A DNA stretch of 40,000 nt, taken from Nostoc sp. 'Peltigera membranacea cyanobiont' N6 (GTDB lineage Bacteria; Cyanobacteriota; Cyanobacteriia; Cyanobacteriales; Nostocaceae). This document shows positions 25,416 to 34,844 of the stretch, in pieces. Location of the stretch: the NCBI RefSeq assembly GCF_002949735.1, contig NZ_CP026681.1, forward strand, positions 5,660,771 to 5,700,770, given 5' to 3'. A model generated the notes under the pieces. That model did not search any database, had not been told where the DNA came from, and saw only the letters and a list, made by a program, of their open reading frames with translations. The translations under genes and the position numbers were made by a program. The number at the start of each line of letters is the position of its first letter. Position 1 is the stretch's first letter.

Positions 25416-26320
25416 GTGTACTCAAAGAACCTCTCGCTACACCCAGTAGAGTTAGAGGCATTTTTAGATACTTATTACAAAAAAAAGGACAAAAGGAGAA
25501 AAGAGAAGTTTTAGAAAAAATTCTTTCTCCTGATGAACTTGTGAAAGACGCGCCTTCTGGTCGCCCTATGTTCCGTAAAACAATCAATCAAATAAAAAAT
25601 AGAATCGTCAATGGAGTTCACAATATAGGTCTTTTGATTGAAGAGGAAGATGAAATAGCGATAAATCCAAGTCTTACCGAGGATTCTATAAATCCTCAAA
25701 TTGGTGACCAATTATTACCTAATACACTAGCTACCCTATTTTTTGCCTCTGGTAATACAGATGAGGAAGACTTTGGTCTTGTTTGTGCTTGGTACTTGGC
25801 ACAAAATATTTATGATGCTCCTGGAAATTGGGAAGCGATTCAAAATCAGGTCAGTGAACAACAAGTTGGTGAGTTACTAAGAATGACGAATAGCACTCTT
25901 TACGGTCAAATGGATGACTGGATGTGCTACATGGGTTTAGCTTGGGGCCATGCTTTGGGAGGAAAAAGAGTAACTGTTCCTGACCCTACGCTTTATATAA
26001 AACGAAATTTGAAGAATTTATTCAATGATCAGGTTGGTGCAAAACTTCTCATTCGAGAATTTATTGATAGATTAGCAAAAAAATGCCCTCTATTTGAAAC
26101 AGGTAAGTTTCGAGAAATAATTGAAATAAATATTGGTGGCCGTCAACTTAATTATTTATCTACTAGCACTGCGTTTGCTTTGTTTCGCTTACGAGATGAA
26201 GGTTATATCCAGCTTAAAAGAGAATCTGATGCTGACCTAATGATTCTACCAAAAGCGAATAACCAAGTCGATGATGATGGGCGAATTTCTCATATTACTT
26301 GGCAAGGAGAGAACTCATGA
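25412..26320 (+). CDS. hypothetical protein in the DpdG position
   Basis: ATGA start/stop overlaps at both ends tie it to the neighbouring genes. No motif recognised. Confidence 0.5.
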   Translation: MSVLKEPLATPSRVRGIFRYLLQKKGQKEKREVLEKILSPDELVKDAPSGRPMFRKTINQIKNRIVNGVHNIGLLIEEEDEIAINPSLTEDSINPQIGDQLLPNTLATLFFASGNTDEEDFGLVCAWYLAQNIYDAPGNWEAIQNQVSEQQVGELLRMTNSTLYGQMDDWMCYMGLAWGHALGGKRVTVPDPTLYIKRNLKNLFNDQVGAKLLIREFIDRLAKKCPLFETGKFREIIEINIGGRQLNYLSTSTAFALFRLRDEGYIQLKRESDADLMILPKANNQVDDDGRISHITWQGENS

Positions 26321-29300
26321 CTTTTGAAAAGTTTGTTTGCTGGAATTTGGAAAGAGTTCGCCGGGTTATGGATGTGGAAGCAACCCAACCCCCAAATCAT
26401 CTGTTTTTGGCGACTCACCATCCCATCGCCATGTATCGCCAAGAACTTATAAAGGCATCATCGCAGATTGAATACGATGAGCAGAAATTCCTCAAGGATT
26501 TTCTCGCAGAAAAAGATTTTGCTTTCGTGCCAGTTTTAGGCGGTTCTGGTACAGGTAAATCGCACCTAATACGTTGGTTGGCGGCTAATATAAAATCGAC
26601 GGAGAAACGCAAGGTATTATTGATTCCTAAAATCGGTACAAATCTGAAAGATATTGTCAGTCTTATCCTCGAAGGTATGGAGGGAGAAAGATTTGATGAA
26701 TACCGGGAAAGAGTAAAACGAGCAACTAATACCTTAACTGAAACTCAGGCGCGGGTACAACTTCTCAATCAACTGGCAGCAGCAGTAGGTGATGATGGGA
26801 AACGTGATAGAACGCAACTAACTGATGAGCATAATTACCTCATTGATGAGCTTGATTCTCTTCTATATGACCCATTTTTTCGGGAACATTATTGGCTTCG
26901 AGATAATGGTATTATTCATCGCTTAGTCATCCATATTTTGGGACGTAGAGATACGGTAGAGATTGTCGAAGAAAGGCGAGAATTTTCTATTGATGACTTG
27001 CCTAATAACCTTTTATATTTGGAAAAAGCTGGAGAAAGGTCTCGAAGTTTTTATACTGAGCTTTGGAGTAGCGATGAAATCAAGAAAATAACCGTAGACT
27101 GGTTGAACCAGCACCTAAATGAAGCCATTACCCAAGTGTTGAATTTGGGTCGGGAAGACCTGCGAAGATTAATGTGCGAAGTTCGGGAGATATTGGCAGA
27201 ACAAAATGTCGAATTAGTTCTGTTAATTGAAGACTTTGCGAAGTTACAAGGTATAGACCTAGAAGTATTAGAAGCAGTTTTGGCACGACCTCAACAATTA
27301 GGAAGTAAACCAATGTGTGCCATCCGCACGGCCTTGGCTTGTACTACAGGTTATTTTGAGAGTTTAATTGATACAGTAAAACAGCGTCTTACCTTCAGTG
27401 TTAATCTTGATGTTGGCACAGTTGGGGATCAATCTTTAATTACCCAAGATGATATTCAAGACTTTGTTGCTAGATATCTGAATACAGTTCGTTTAGAAGA
27501 TAAAGTTATTCTTGATTGGGCAACTTCTAACAATCACGAAGATAATTTTCAAAATGAACCTCTTGTAAGTGCTTGTAGCGATTGCGAACACCGCGAAGCT
27601 TGTCACGCTGGTTTTGAAAATGTGAATGGAATAGGTTTATATCCTTTTACACCCAAAGCTTTAGAGCAAATGCAGCATAGAGTTAACACTGGTAATTTTA
27701 ATCCGCGAATTTTGATTAAAGATGTGTTGAAGTACACTCTTGAAAATGGATTAGATAATATTAAAAAAGGGCTTTTTCCTTCTGTAAGCCTGCGAGAGCA
27801 TTTCGGTAAAATGCGGCTGAGTGCGATGTTACAGGCAGACATAAAAGCTAAAGATCCCCAAAACTTTGACCGTCGTGAAATACTAATAGATTTATGGACT
27901 GACAGCAATGAGCTTTGTGATTTACCCATACAAATTCACACAGCTTTAAATCTACCTCCGCTTGGAGTCAAAATTAAGCAGACTGAAATTAAGCGTGTTA
28001 TACCACAATCTCAAATTAGTCATGTACTACCACGAGTCACAGAAGCTGTAAAAAGCTATCAAACGACACGTGAAGAAACAGAAGATGTTCAGAAAGAAAT
28101 TCTTCCAAATAAACTAGCAGAACAAATAAAGCTTTTAGATAATTGGAACAATCAAGAAATTTTACATCAAGACTTAGGAAAACCACTACGCGAATTTATT
28201 TATCCTGCAATTATTGAAAGAATTAATTGGGATTCAGAGATTTTGCTTCAAGGAAGTTTTGCCAGATCCTCCAAGTCACGGGAGGATGTTGATAAAGGTA
28301 ATAAAATTTTTAAACAAAGAAATATAGTCTTTTATAGTCCAAGGGTTACAAGAGAAACAATTGCTGGAGTGAAGTTATCACTTCCGCTTAATCCTGATGA
28401 TGTGGACGAGTTTCGTACAACTGCGATCGCCTTTCAAGGTATCCTACTATATAGCCATTATAAAAACTGGAAGTTTGAAAATGGCGATCGCTATTTCCGT
28501 ACCTACACTCGACAATTAGAAAAATGGAGCCAGTACGTCTTAGAGCAAATTCGCCTTTACCCTCGTGAGTTTGGAGAAGCTTGGAACCCAGTACCAGCAG
28601 CAGTAGAATTACTGGCGATAACCTCCACGATGGCGGGACATCCTACAAATTCCTTGGAAGACGTGATTAATGCTTTGTTTTTAGACGTAGAAAATAATAA
28701 CGATGAAAATCGTGCTTTAAGTTGGAAACAATTATTTAAATCACTCAAAAAATATCGTAAAGACTTATTAGAAATTGTTCAAAGTCGAATTGCTTGTACC
28801 AAAGGAAGCTCAACCCAATTTCAAATTATTGATGCAATCCAAATTATCGAACCTCTAGAGAAGGTTAGAAAAACTTGGCAGCCTCAATGTGAAATTCCCG
28901 AAGATATCCGCGATAATAAACTTTTCCAGGATATCTACAAAGCACGCCAGCAAGTAGATGAACTCCTAGAGAAAGCTATCGAAGAAGAGTACGAACGACA
29001 GTTAGATATCTATCAGCGTCTAATATCCGAATTGGGAGAAAACATTAAGACAAAGGATGTTATTGACGCTCTCAAAGCTGCAATGGAAGCTGCACAAGAT
29101 GCAGCTGTATTTCGTGGACAAAAAGACTTTGATGGTATGACAAATGTGTTAAATAAATTCATGCCAAGAGCAATTAAAACTTATAGAGACACAATGAAGC
29201 GTGTACAAACGGAGAAAGAAAATCCAGAAAGTAACATCGGTAAATTACTTCAGTACTTGAGTGAAGATTATCAAAATGTCATTACTACTTCTTCAGAATT

Positions 29301-29472
29301 CATTGACAACACTAATGATTTTTTGCATACTTCGATTCTTGAAGTAAAAAGTCGTATTGTGGAGTTAGAACAATCTGGTGGTACAACGAGAGAATCTAGT
29401 CATAAAGAAATTCGTGATGGTTTAGCTAATTTACGGATTCTAATGAATGAAATTAAAGGAGATACAAAATGA
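26317..29472 (+). CDS. large P-loop NTPase in the DpdH position
   Basis: Walker A VLGGSGTGKSHL, Walker B-like VLLIEDFAK, and a Cys/His cluster CSDCEHREACH. I prefer the ATG at 26317 (RBS aaggagag; ATGA overlap with the upstream stop) to the TTG at 26299 given in the ORF track. That gives 1051 aa, against 1057 aa from the track's TTG. Confidence 0.6.
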   Translation: MTFEKFVCWNLERVRRVMDVEATQPPNHLFLATHHPIAMYRQELIKASSQIEYDEQKFLKDFLAEKDFAFVPVLGGSGTGKSHLIRWLAANIKSTEKRKVLLIPKIGTNLKDIVSLILEGMEGERFDEYRERVKRATNTLTETQARVQLLNQLAAAVGDDGKRDRTQLTDEHNYLIDELDSLLYDPFFREHYWLRDNGIIHRLVIHILGRRDTVEIVEERREFSIDDLPNNLLYLEKAGERSRSFYTELWSSDEIKKITVDWLNQHLNEAITQVLNLGREDLRRLMCEVREILAEQNVELVLLIEDFAKLQGIDLEVLEAVLARPQQLGSKPMCAIRTALACTTGYFESLIDTVKQRLTFSVNLDVGTVGDQSLITQDDIQDFVARYLNTVRLEDKVILDWATSNNHEDNFQNEPLVSACSDCEHREACHAGFENVNGIGLYPFTPKALEQMQHRVNTGNFNPRILIKDVLKYTLENGLDNIKKGLFPSVSLREHFGKMRLSAMLQADIKAKDPQNFDRREILIDLWTDSNELCDLPIQIHTALNLPPLGVKIKQTEIKRVIPQSQISHVLPRVTEAVKSYQTTREETEDVQKEILPNKLAEQIKLLDNWNNQEILHQDLGKPLREFIYPAIIERINWDSEILLQGSFARSSKSREDVDKGNKIFKQRNIVFYSPRVTRETIAGVKLSLPLNPDDVDEFRTTAIAFQGILLYSHYKNWKFENGDRYFRTYTRQLEKWSQYVLEQIRLYPREFGEAWNPVPAAVELLAITSTMAGHPTNSLEDVINALFLDVENNNDENRALSWKQLFKSLKKYRKDLLEIVQSRIACTKGSSTQFQIIDAIQIIEPLEKVRKTWQPQCEIPEDIRDNKLFQDIYKARQQVDELLEKAIEEEYERQLDIYQRLISELGENIKTKDVIDALKAAMEAAQDAAVFRGQKDFDGMTNVLNKFMPRAIKTYRDTMKRVQTEKENPESNIGKLLQYLSEDYQNVITTSSEFIDNTNDFLHTSILEVKSRIVELEQSGGTTRESSHKEIRDGLANLRILMNEIKGDTK

Positions 29473-30170
29473 TCATAGAAAAATCACGGAAACTAGTTGA
29501 GTTATCTCAACTCAAAAAAACTCTGCAAAAATCTTTAGATGATCTTCAAAATGTTCAAACTAGGCAAAAGCAAATAACTGAGGCTGTTGCAGCTATTCAA
29601 CCACTTGTAGAAGTATTAAAAGCTTTTCGTCAAAGAGGTATTACTATTGATTTGACTCATAAGGCAGATAAACTCTTAAATTTTATTATCAACATAGAGG
29701 ATGAATTTAGTAGCAATCCTGATTGGATTCTTGATCCGGAAAATTTTCAAGGCAATATTTTAAAATCCCAGGTAGTATACCTAAAAACTCAGCTAAAGGA
29801 GCAATTGAGTGAATCTTGGAAAAGCTACCGAGATCAAAAAATGCCTAGCACTAATAATGAAGTACTCAAGGTTCTGGCTAAATTAGAAGCTTTTAAAAAA
29901 ACCGTTTTGCAAATTCAGATTATAGATAGAGATATAAAAAACGTTACTTATCCTAAAAATAATGCTGAATTTGAAATGTATGAACTTAAAATAGAGCAAT
30001 TAAACTACTCTTGGAAGAGTCTCAAGTCTGATGAATTTCCAGAAGCCGTATCGCATTTCCTCCAAGCGGCATCTGATCAAGGCTCGCCTTTAACTCTTTT
30101 AACTCCAGAAGTTCAAGATTGGATTAATCAAAATGGCATTTCTGATTCTTTTAAAATTCGCTTGATTTAA
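29469..30170 (+). CDS. hypothetical coiled-coil protein in the DpdI position
   Basis: ATGA overlap with the upstream gene. The sequence is heptad-rich and K/E/Q-rich. No motif recognised. Confidence 0.5.
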   Translation: MIIEKSRKLVELSQLKKTLQKSLDDLQNVQTRQKQITEAVAAIQPLVEVLKAFRQRGITIDLTHKADKLLNFIINIEDEFSSNPDWILDPENFQGNILKSQVVYLKTQLKEQLSESWKSYRDQKMPSTNNEVLKVLAKLEAFKKTVLQIQIIDRDIKNVTYPKNNAEFEMYELKIEQLNYSWKSLKSDEFPEAVSHFLQAASDQGSPLTLLTPEVQDWINQNGISDSFKIRLI

Positions 30171-30193
30171 AATAAAGTAAGGGCAGGGCAAGG

Positions 30194-33100
30194 GTGACTA
30201 CCAACTGGGATAAAATAATTAGAGAATTTTTAGATAAGTTGGAACGCCAGGAAGTTCAACTTTTGACGTGGGGAATTGTTGATGGTGGATTTTCTGAAGA
30301 TGAAATTGAAGAACTTGCGGAAAATTTTCTGAATACTTGCGAGATTGATGAAGATGTTTGGGATTTTATAGACCAAATCCTCGATCGCAAATTGTTGTTT
30401 GAGTTCAACCTCAGAGGCGATCGCCTTTTCCGCACCCGAATGGCGGAAGCGGTGAGATTATTTGCCCGTCTTCGCCAACTGTTCCCGAATAATAATTGGC
30501 AAACATCTCCTACCTTAGTTGCTGATTATCGCCTACAAATCCGTCCGAGAATTTATCCCAAAAGGTATATTACGCCAGAAGCAGTAATTCAGCAGTTGGA
30601 AGCAGACAAACTGCTAACTCCCATACAGCAAAAAGCCGTTACAGCGATACTGCGATCGCCATTGCGCGGTGAGGTTCAACTTGCAGATTTCCAGCTACGC
30701 GCTACAAGCCGGATGCTGCGGGATTTAAACAGTACAAAAAGTCGTGGGATGATTGTCTGTGCTGGGACAGGAACGGGGAAGACTTTATCTTTTTACCTAC
30801 CAGCATTAGCGCATATTGCCGCTTTCTTGAAAAAGGATGAGTATTGGAGTAAAGGACTGGCAATTTATCCCCGTAACGAACTTCTCAAAGACCAATTTTC
30901 TGAAACCTATCAAGAAGCACGTCGTCTCGATGCTGTCCTCAAAGCAGAAGGTAAGCGTAAAATTCTCATTGGTGCATTTTTTGGCTTAACTCCCAGAAGC
31001 GCAATTTTGGATCGGGTGCAGGATAAATGGAAAGCTGAAAGTAGTGGGTTTACTTGTCCTTACCTGCGGTGTCCCAGATGTGAAGGTGCGCTATCTTGGC
31101 GACGGGCTGATGTGGAAGCTGGTAGAGAAAAACTTTCTTGTCTCAACCCATCCTGTAGTGCTGTTATCCAAGAAGATGAAGTAATTTTAACACGCGATCG
31201 CATGGCGAAAACTCCTCCAGACCTAGTTTTTACCAGCACAGAAATGCTAAATCGATCTATGGGAGACTCCCGTTACGGTCATGTATTTGGCATCGCGGCG
31301 GCGAAAAAGCCTCAGATAGTTTTGTTGGATGAAGTGCATACTTATACAGGTATCCACGGCGCACAAGTTGCTTACCTGCTGCGGCGTTGGCAGAAAATCA
31401 TTCACAAGAAAGTCCAATTTACTGGACTTTCGGCAACTCTAGAAAGTGCAGCAGAATTTTTCAGTCAACTTACAGGTTTAAACCCTGGTTCAGTGGAAGA
31501 AATTTCTCCTGGTGAAGACCAAATTGCTGAAGGAATGGAGTATCAATTGGTTCTCAGGGGCGACCCAGTATCAGGAACAAGTCTTTTATCTACCAGCATC
31601 CAAACGGCGATGCTGCTGCGGCGTGTACTCGACCCATCTGAAGACCCCCCTAGCAAAGGTTTCTATGGTTCCCGTGTTTTCGCCTTCACTGATGACTTAG
31701 ATGTTACCAATCGCTTATTCCATAACCTTTTGGATGCTGAAGGTCGAGACAGTTGGGGTCGTCCCTTGCGAGGAAGACAGCCATTAGCAGCTTTGCGATC
31801 GCATGGTGCAACTAATGGTAGAGAAAGGCTGATTGCCGCACAATCCTGGCTATTGTGTGAAGAAATCGGTCACGGTTTGCAACTTCCTTTGAATATTGGG
31901 CGCACTAGTTCCCAAGATACCGGAGTTACGCCAAATGCAGATGTGATTGTGGCTACTGCATCTCTGGAAGTGGGATTTAACGACCCAGAAGTTGGAGGTG
32001 TCATCCAGCACAAAGCACCGCGAGATATGGCATCTTTCCTGCAACGCAAAGGACGGGCGGGACGACGCAGAACTATGCGACCTTGGACGGTGGTAGTGCT
32101 TTCTGATTACGGACGGGACAGAATCGCCTATCAAGGCTACGATATGCTGTTTAACCCAGTTTTAGAAAAGCGATCGCTTCCCATCGCCAACCGCTATGTT
32201 ATTCGCATTCAAGCGGTTTTCGCCTTTATGGATTGGGTTAGACGGCAATTAGCGGCAACTATAGGAAGTGTCTGGAGAGACTTTGCTACTACTGATTTAT
32301 ACTTAATTAACCGTCAGCGACTAGAAATAAAACTGATCAAAAACATCCTGGAAACAGAAGCAGGACAACGCAACTTAGAAACATATCTGCAATCAGCACT
32401 ACACCTTACCAAAGATGAAGTCGAAGCAATTCTTTGGGAACCACCGAGATCATTGATGATGGCGGTGCTTCCGACTTTGCTACGGCGTTTAGAGTCTGGT
32501 TGGAAACGCCTTCCCATTCAGCAAGATGAATCAGACAAAGACTATCAAACCCGTGACCCGTTACCTGATTTTGTTCCCCCGAATTTATTTAGTGACCTGC
32601 TGTTGCCAGAAGTAACGATTACTACACCAGCACAGACGCGCAACAGTGAGCCGGATATTAACCCCATGCCCATTATCCAAGCCCTGAAAACCTTTACTCC
32701 AGGCAGGGCGACGCGCCGTTTCGGGGTGCAGCATATCTATGCAACTCACTGGATTGCACCGCCAGATTTACAACAAAGAGAACAAGAATTGCCTGTAGAA
32801 GACTATTGTGCCGAGTTTGAAGAAGCAGGGTATTTTCAATTATGGCAAGATGGGCAAGTTGTAGATATTCGCTGTATTCGACCTTGGGCAATTAATCCTA
32901 CCCAAGTTCCGCCTAATATTTCAATTACCTCTAACGCCCAATTGGAATGGCGCAGTCAAATTATACCACCCGACTTGGGAATAAAACTCGAACTGCCTCA
33001 AGGTTCCCCGTGGTGCAAAATTATCACAGAAGTTTGTTGTTTTACTCACACTCAACAATCGCCCGTGGAAGTGCGGCGGTTTGCGATCGCCTCTCATGCT

Positions 33101-34717
33101 AACATCCGCTTCGATAATGGCCAGGAACTCGATACGACAATTCGCTTCACCCAGAGACAGGATCGTAGTCCTGCGGCTGTAGGATTTGCCCAATCTGTTG
33201 ACGGTTTAGTATTTCGCTTTTGTATTCCGCCCAATTTCAGCATCAGTCCCAACGATTCCAATCAAGAGAAAATTCGGGCGTTTCGCACGGCATATTTCCG
33301 ATATCGGGTATTGACAGATACCAGATTGTGTGAGTTAACAAATGTCTTTCAACGAGAGTGGCTTTATCAAATATATATATCGATGCTGACCGCCCGTGCC
33401 TTGACAGCCCAAATCTCTCTACGTGAAGCTTTTGAGACGCTTTTGGGTGAAAATATGGGTCAAGAAATGGCAAGGGTTCTGGACAATATCTTTCAAACCT
33501 TGAATGTCGAAGAAACCCTACTGGAAGAAGGGGAATCTGCACCGGAACAAATTCAGGGACGGCAGAGGGTACATGATAGGTTGCTGGCACTTGCCAACGC
33601 AGATATCATCCAAACTATATTAAATGATCTTGCACCGATTCTCTGGTCAGAACCTGATGAAGAGTGGCACTCTTGGGCAGCATTACGTTTTAAAGCGACC
33701 TTGGGAGGGGCGCTGCTGGATGCTTGCGGGCAATTGTGTCCCCACTTTGATTTGGGCGACCTGATTTTAGATATCGATCCTGGCCCGCGTCCACCAGATG
33801 CACCTGCTATTTCAGAGGGAGTAGAGGAAATTTGGATAACTGAGTCTACCATTGGTGGCGGTGGGGTGATTGAGGAAATCTTGCGGCGCTATGCTGCTGA
33901 TCCGGCGAATTTTTTCCGATTGGCGGGGAGTGCGTTGTCACCTGCGGATTTTGAGATTGTGGACTCGGAACTGACGCGGTTACTGGAGTTAACCCAAACC
34001 AGTGCAGATGTTGCCGATGCAATGGCAGATGTGCGGTTAGCCGAAGGACATGGTGAATTAAAACAAGCAAGCGATCGCCTCCGTAAAGTCCTGTCCTCTG
34101 AGGGTATTTTGGTAACGCATCCGGTGATGACTGCAATAAACGCACGGGTTTTGCGTCCTGGAAGTACGCCGGAAACCGATAAACTACTGCTGGATTTGAT
34201 TCGTTTGTGGCATCAAGAAGAAGCGCGTTTAGGTATTGAAATTGATGCGCGGGTGTTTGCTTATGTCGCCAGCAACGATGACCAGTTGGATCGGGCATTG
34301 TTGCATCTTGGTTTAGTGCAGCCTAATCCCTATTGGCGGTTTCAAGTGATTTATGGGCTGTTGTGGGCGAGGGGAAATATTATTCGTTCTCGCGCCTTAT
34401 CTTCCTATAATCCTTTTGCTGTGGTTGCCGATGCTGATAGAGAAATTTTACTGGATGTTTTGCAAGTCGGCGATCGCACAGTTTGGCTGAATGAACCCAA
34501 CTGGCGAGAACAGGTGGAGGAAGCATTTAAGCAAGGTGCATCGGTTTCGCTGATAGCGCCTCCTGATGCGAGAGGAGATTTAAAGTCAGCGATTTTGAGT
34601 TTAGCAGTCGAACCAATGGAACTTGGGTTTTTGCAGGTTTACCCATTGATGGAGGGGGTGCAGAGGTATCCGCGAGGGTTTGGGGTGAGGCTACGAGTCA
34701 GGGAGCTAGTGCAGTAA
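30194..34717 (+). CDS. dpdJ: very large DEAD/DEAH-box helicase with inserted zinc ribbon and DUF1998-like C-terminal region, DpdJ-like by position
   Basis: Motif I VCAGTGTGKTLSFYLPAL, zinc ribbon CPYLRCPRC...CLNPSC, motif II VLLDEVHTY, GLSATL, and ASLEVGFNDPEVGGVIQHKAPRDMASFLQRKGRAGRR. The C-terminal region TLGGALLDACGQLCPHFDLGDL...ESTIGGGGVIEEI resembles the DUF1998 core of MrfA/DrmB-type proteins. GTG start. Confidence 0.75.
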   Translation: MTTNWDKIIREFLDKLERQEVQLLTWGIVDGGFSEDEIEELAENFLNTCEIDEDVWDFIDQILDRKLLFEFNLRGDRLFRTRMAEAVRLFARLRQLFPNNNWQTSPTLVADYRLQIRPRIYPKRYITPEAVIQQLEADKLLTPIQQKAVTAILRSPLRGEVQLADFQLRATSRMLRDLNSTKSRGMIVCAGTGTGKTLSFYLPALAHIAAFLKKDEYWSKGLAIYPRNELLKDQFSETYQEARRLDAVLKAEGKRKILIGAFFGLTPRSAILDRVQDKWKAESSGFTCPYLRCPRCEGALSWRRADVEAGREKLSCLNPSCSAVIQEDEVILTRDRMAKTPPDLVFTSTEMLNRSMGDSRYGHVFGIAAAKKPQIVLLDEVHTYTGIHGAQVAYLLRRWQKIIHKKVQFTGLSATLESAAEFFSQLTGLNPGSVEEISPGEDQIAEGMEYQLVLRGDPVSGTSLLSTSIQTAMLLRRVLDPSEDPPSKGFYGSRVFAFTDDLDVTNRLFHNLLDAEGRDSWGRPLRGRQPLAALRSHGATNGRERLIAAQSWLLCEEIGHGLQLPLNIGRTSSQDTGVTPNADVIVATASLEVGFNDPEVGGVIQHKAPRDMASFLQRKGRAGRRRTMRPWTVVVLSDYGRDRIAYQGYDMLFNPVLEKRSLPIANRYVIRIQAVFAFMDWVRRQLAATIGSVWRDFATTDLYLINRQRLEIKLIKNILETEAGQRNLETYLQSALHLTKDEVEAILWEPPRSLMMAVLPTLLRRLESGWKRLPIQQDESDKDYQTRDPLPDFVPPNLFSDLLLPEVTITTPAQTRNSEPDINPMPIIQALKTFTPGRATRRFGVQHIYATHWIAPPDLQQREQELPVEDYCAEFEEAGYFQLWQDGQVVDIRCIRPWAINPTQVPPNISITSNAQLEWRSQIIPPDLGIKLELPQGSPWCKIITEVCCFTHTQQSPVEVRRFAIASHANIRFDNGQELDTTIRFTQRQDRSPAAVGFAQSVDGLVFRFCIPPNFSISPNDSNQEKIRAFRTAYFRYRVLTDTRLCELTNVFQREWLYQIYISMLTARALTAQISLREAFETLLGENMGQEMARVLDNIFQTLNVEETLLEEGESAPEQIQGRQRVHDRLLALANADIIQTILNDLAPILWSEPDEEWHSWAALRFKATLGGALLDACGQLCPHFDLGDLILDIDPGPRPPDAPAISEGVEEIWITESTIGGGGVIEEILRRYAADPANFFRLAGSALSPADFEIVDSELTRLLELTQTSADVADAMADVRLAEGHGELKQASDRLRKVLSSEGILVTHPVMTAINARVLRPGSTPETDKLLLDLIRLWHQEEARLGIEIDARVFAYVASNDDQLDRALLHLGLVQPNPYWRFQVIYGLLWARGNIIRSRALSSYNPFAVVADADREILLDVLQVGDRTVWLNEPNWREQVEEAFKQGASVSLIAPPDARGDLKSAILSLAVEPMELGFLQVYPLMEGVQRYPRGFGVRLRVRELVQ

Positions 34718-34751
34718 AGTTAACATTTTTTAAACAAAAATTTAAAAATAT

Positions 34752-34778
34752 CTTGTTTTGGGGTATGTTTAAAACAAG
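34752..34778. promoter_or_regulatory. inverted repeat cttgtttt-N11-aaaacaag within an AT-rich TTTAAA(A)CA repeat region upstream of the MerR-like gene
   Basis: 8-bp perfect arms. At least four TTTAAA(A)CA copies lie between 34728 and 34810. The element could be the dpdJ-like terminator or a MerR-type operator. Confidence 0.35.
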
Positions 34779-34844
34779 TGTTTAAAACTTAGACTAAAAT
34801 TTAAACAAAACATCGCTGTATTTCGATGGAGTATAAAACTTTTT

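Noticed and set aside
31512-34298. Chain of antisense or alternate-frame ORFs (31512, 31850, 32314, 32694, 32921, 33243, 33553, 33846) inside the 1507-aa helicase gene
   Set aside because: All are nested within a motif-supported helicase ORF, in a relatively GC-rich region where stop codons are rare. Their translations are low-complexity and R/S/P-rich.
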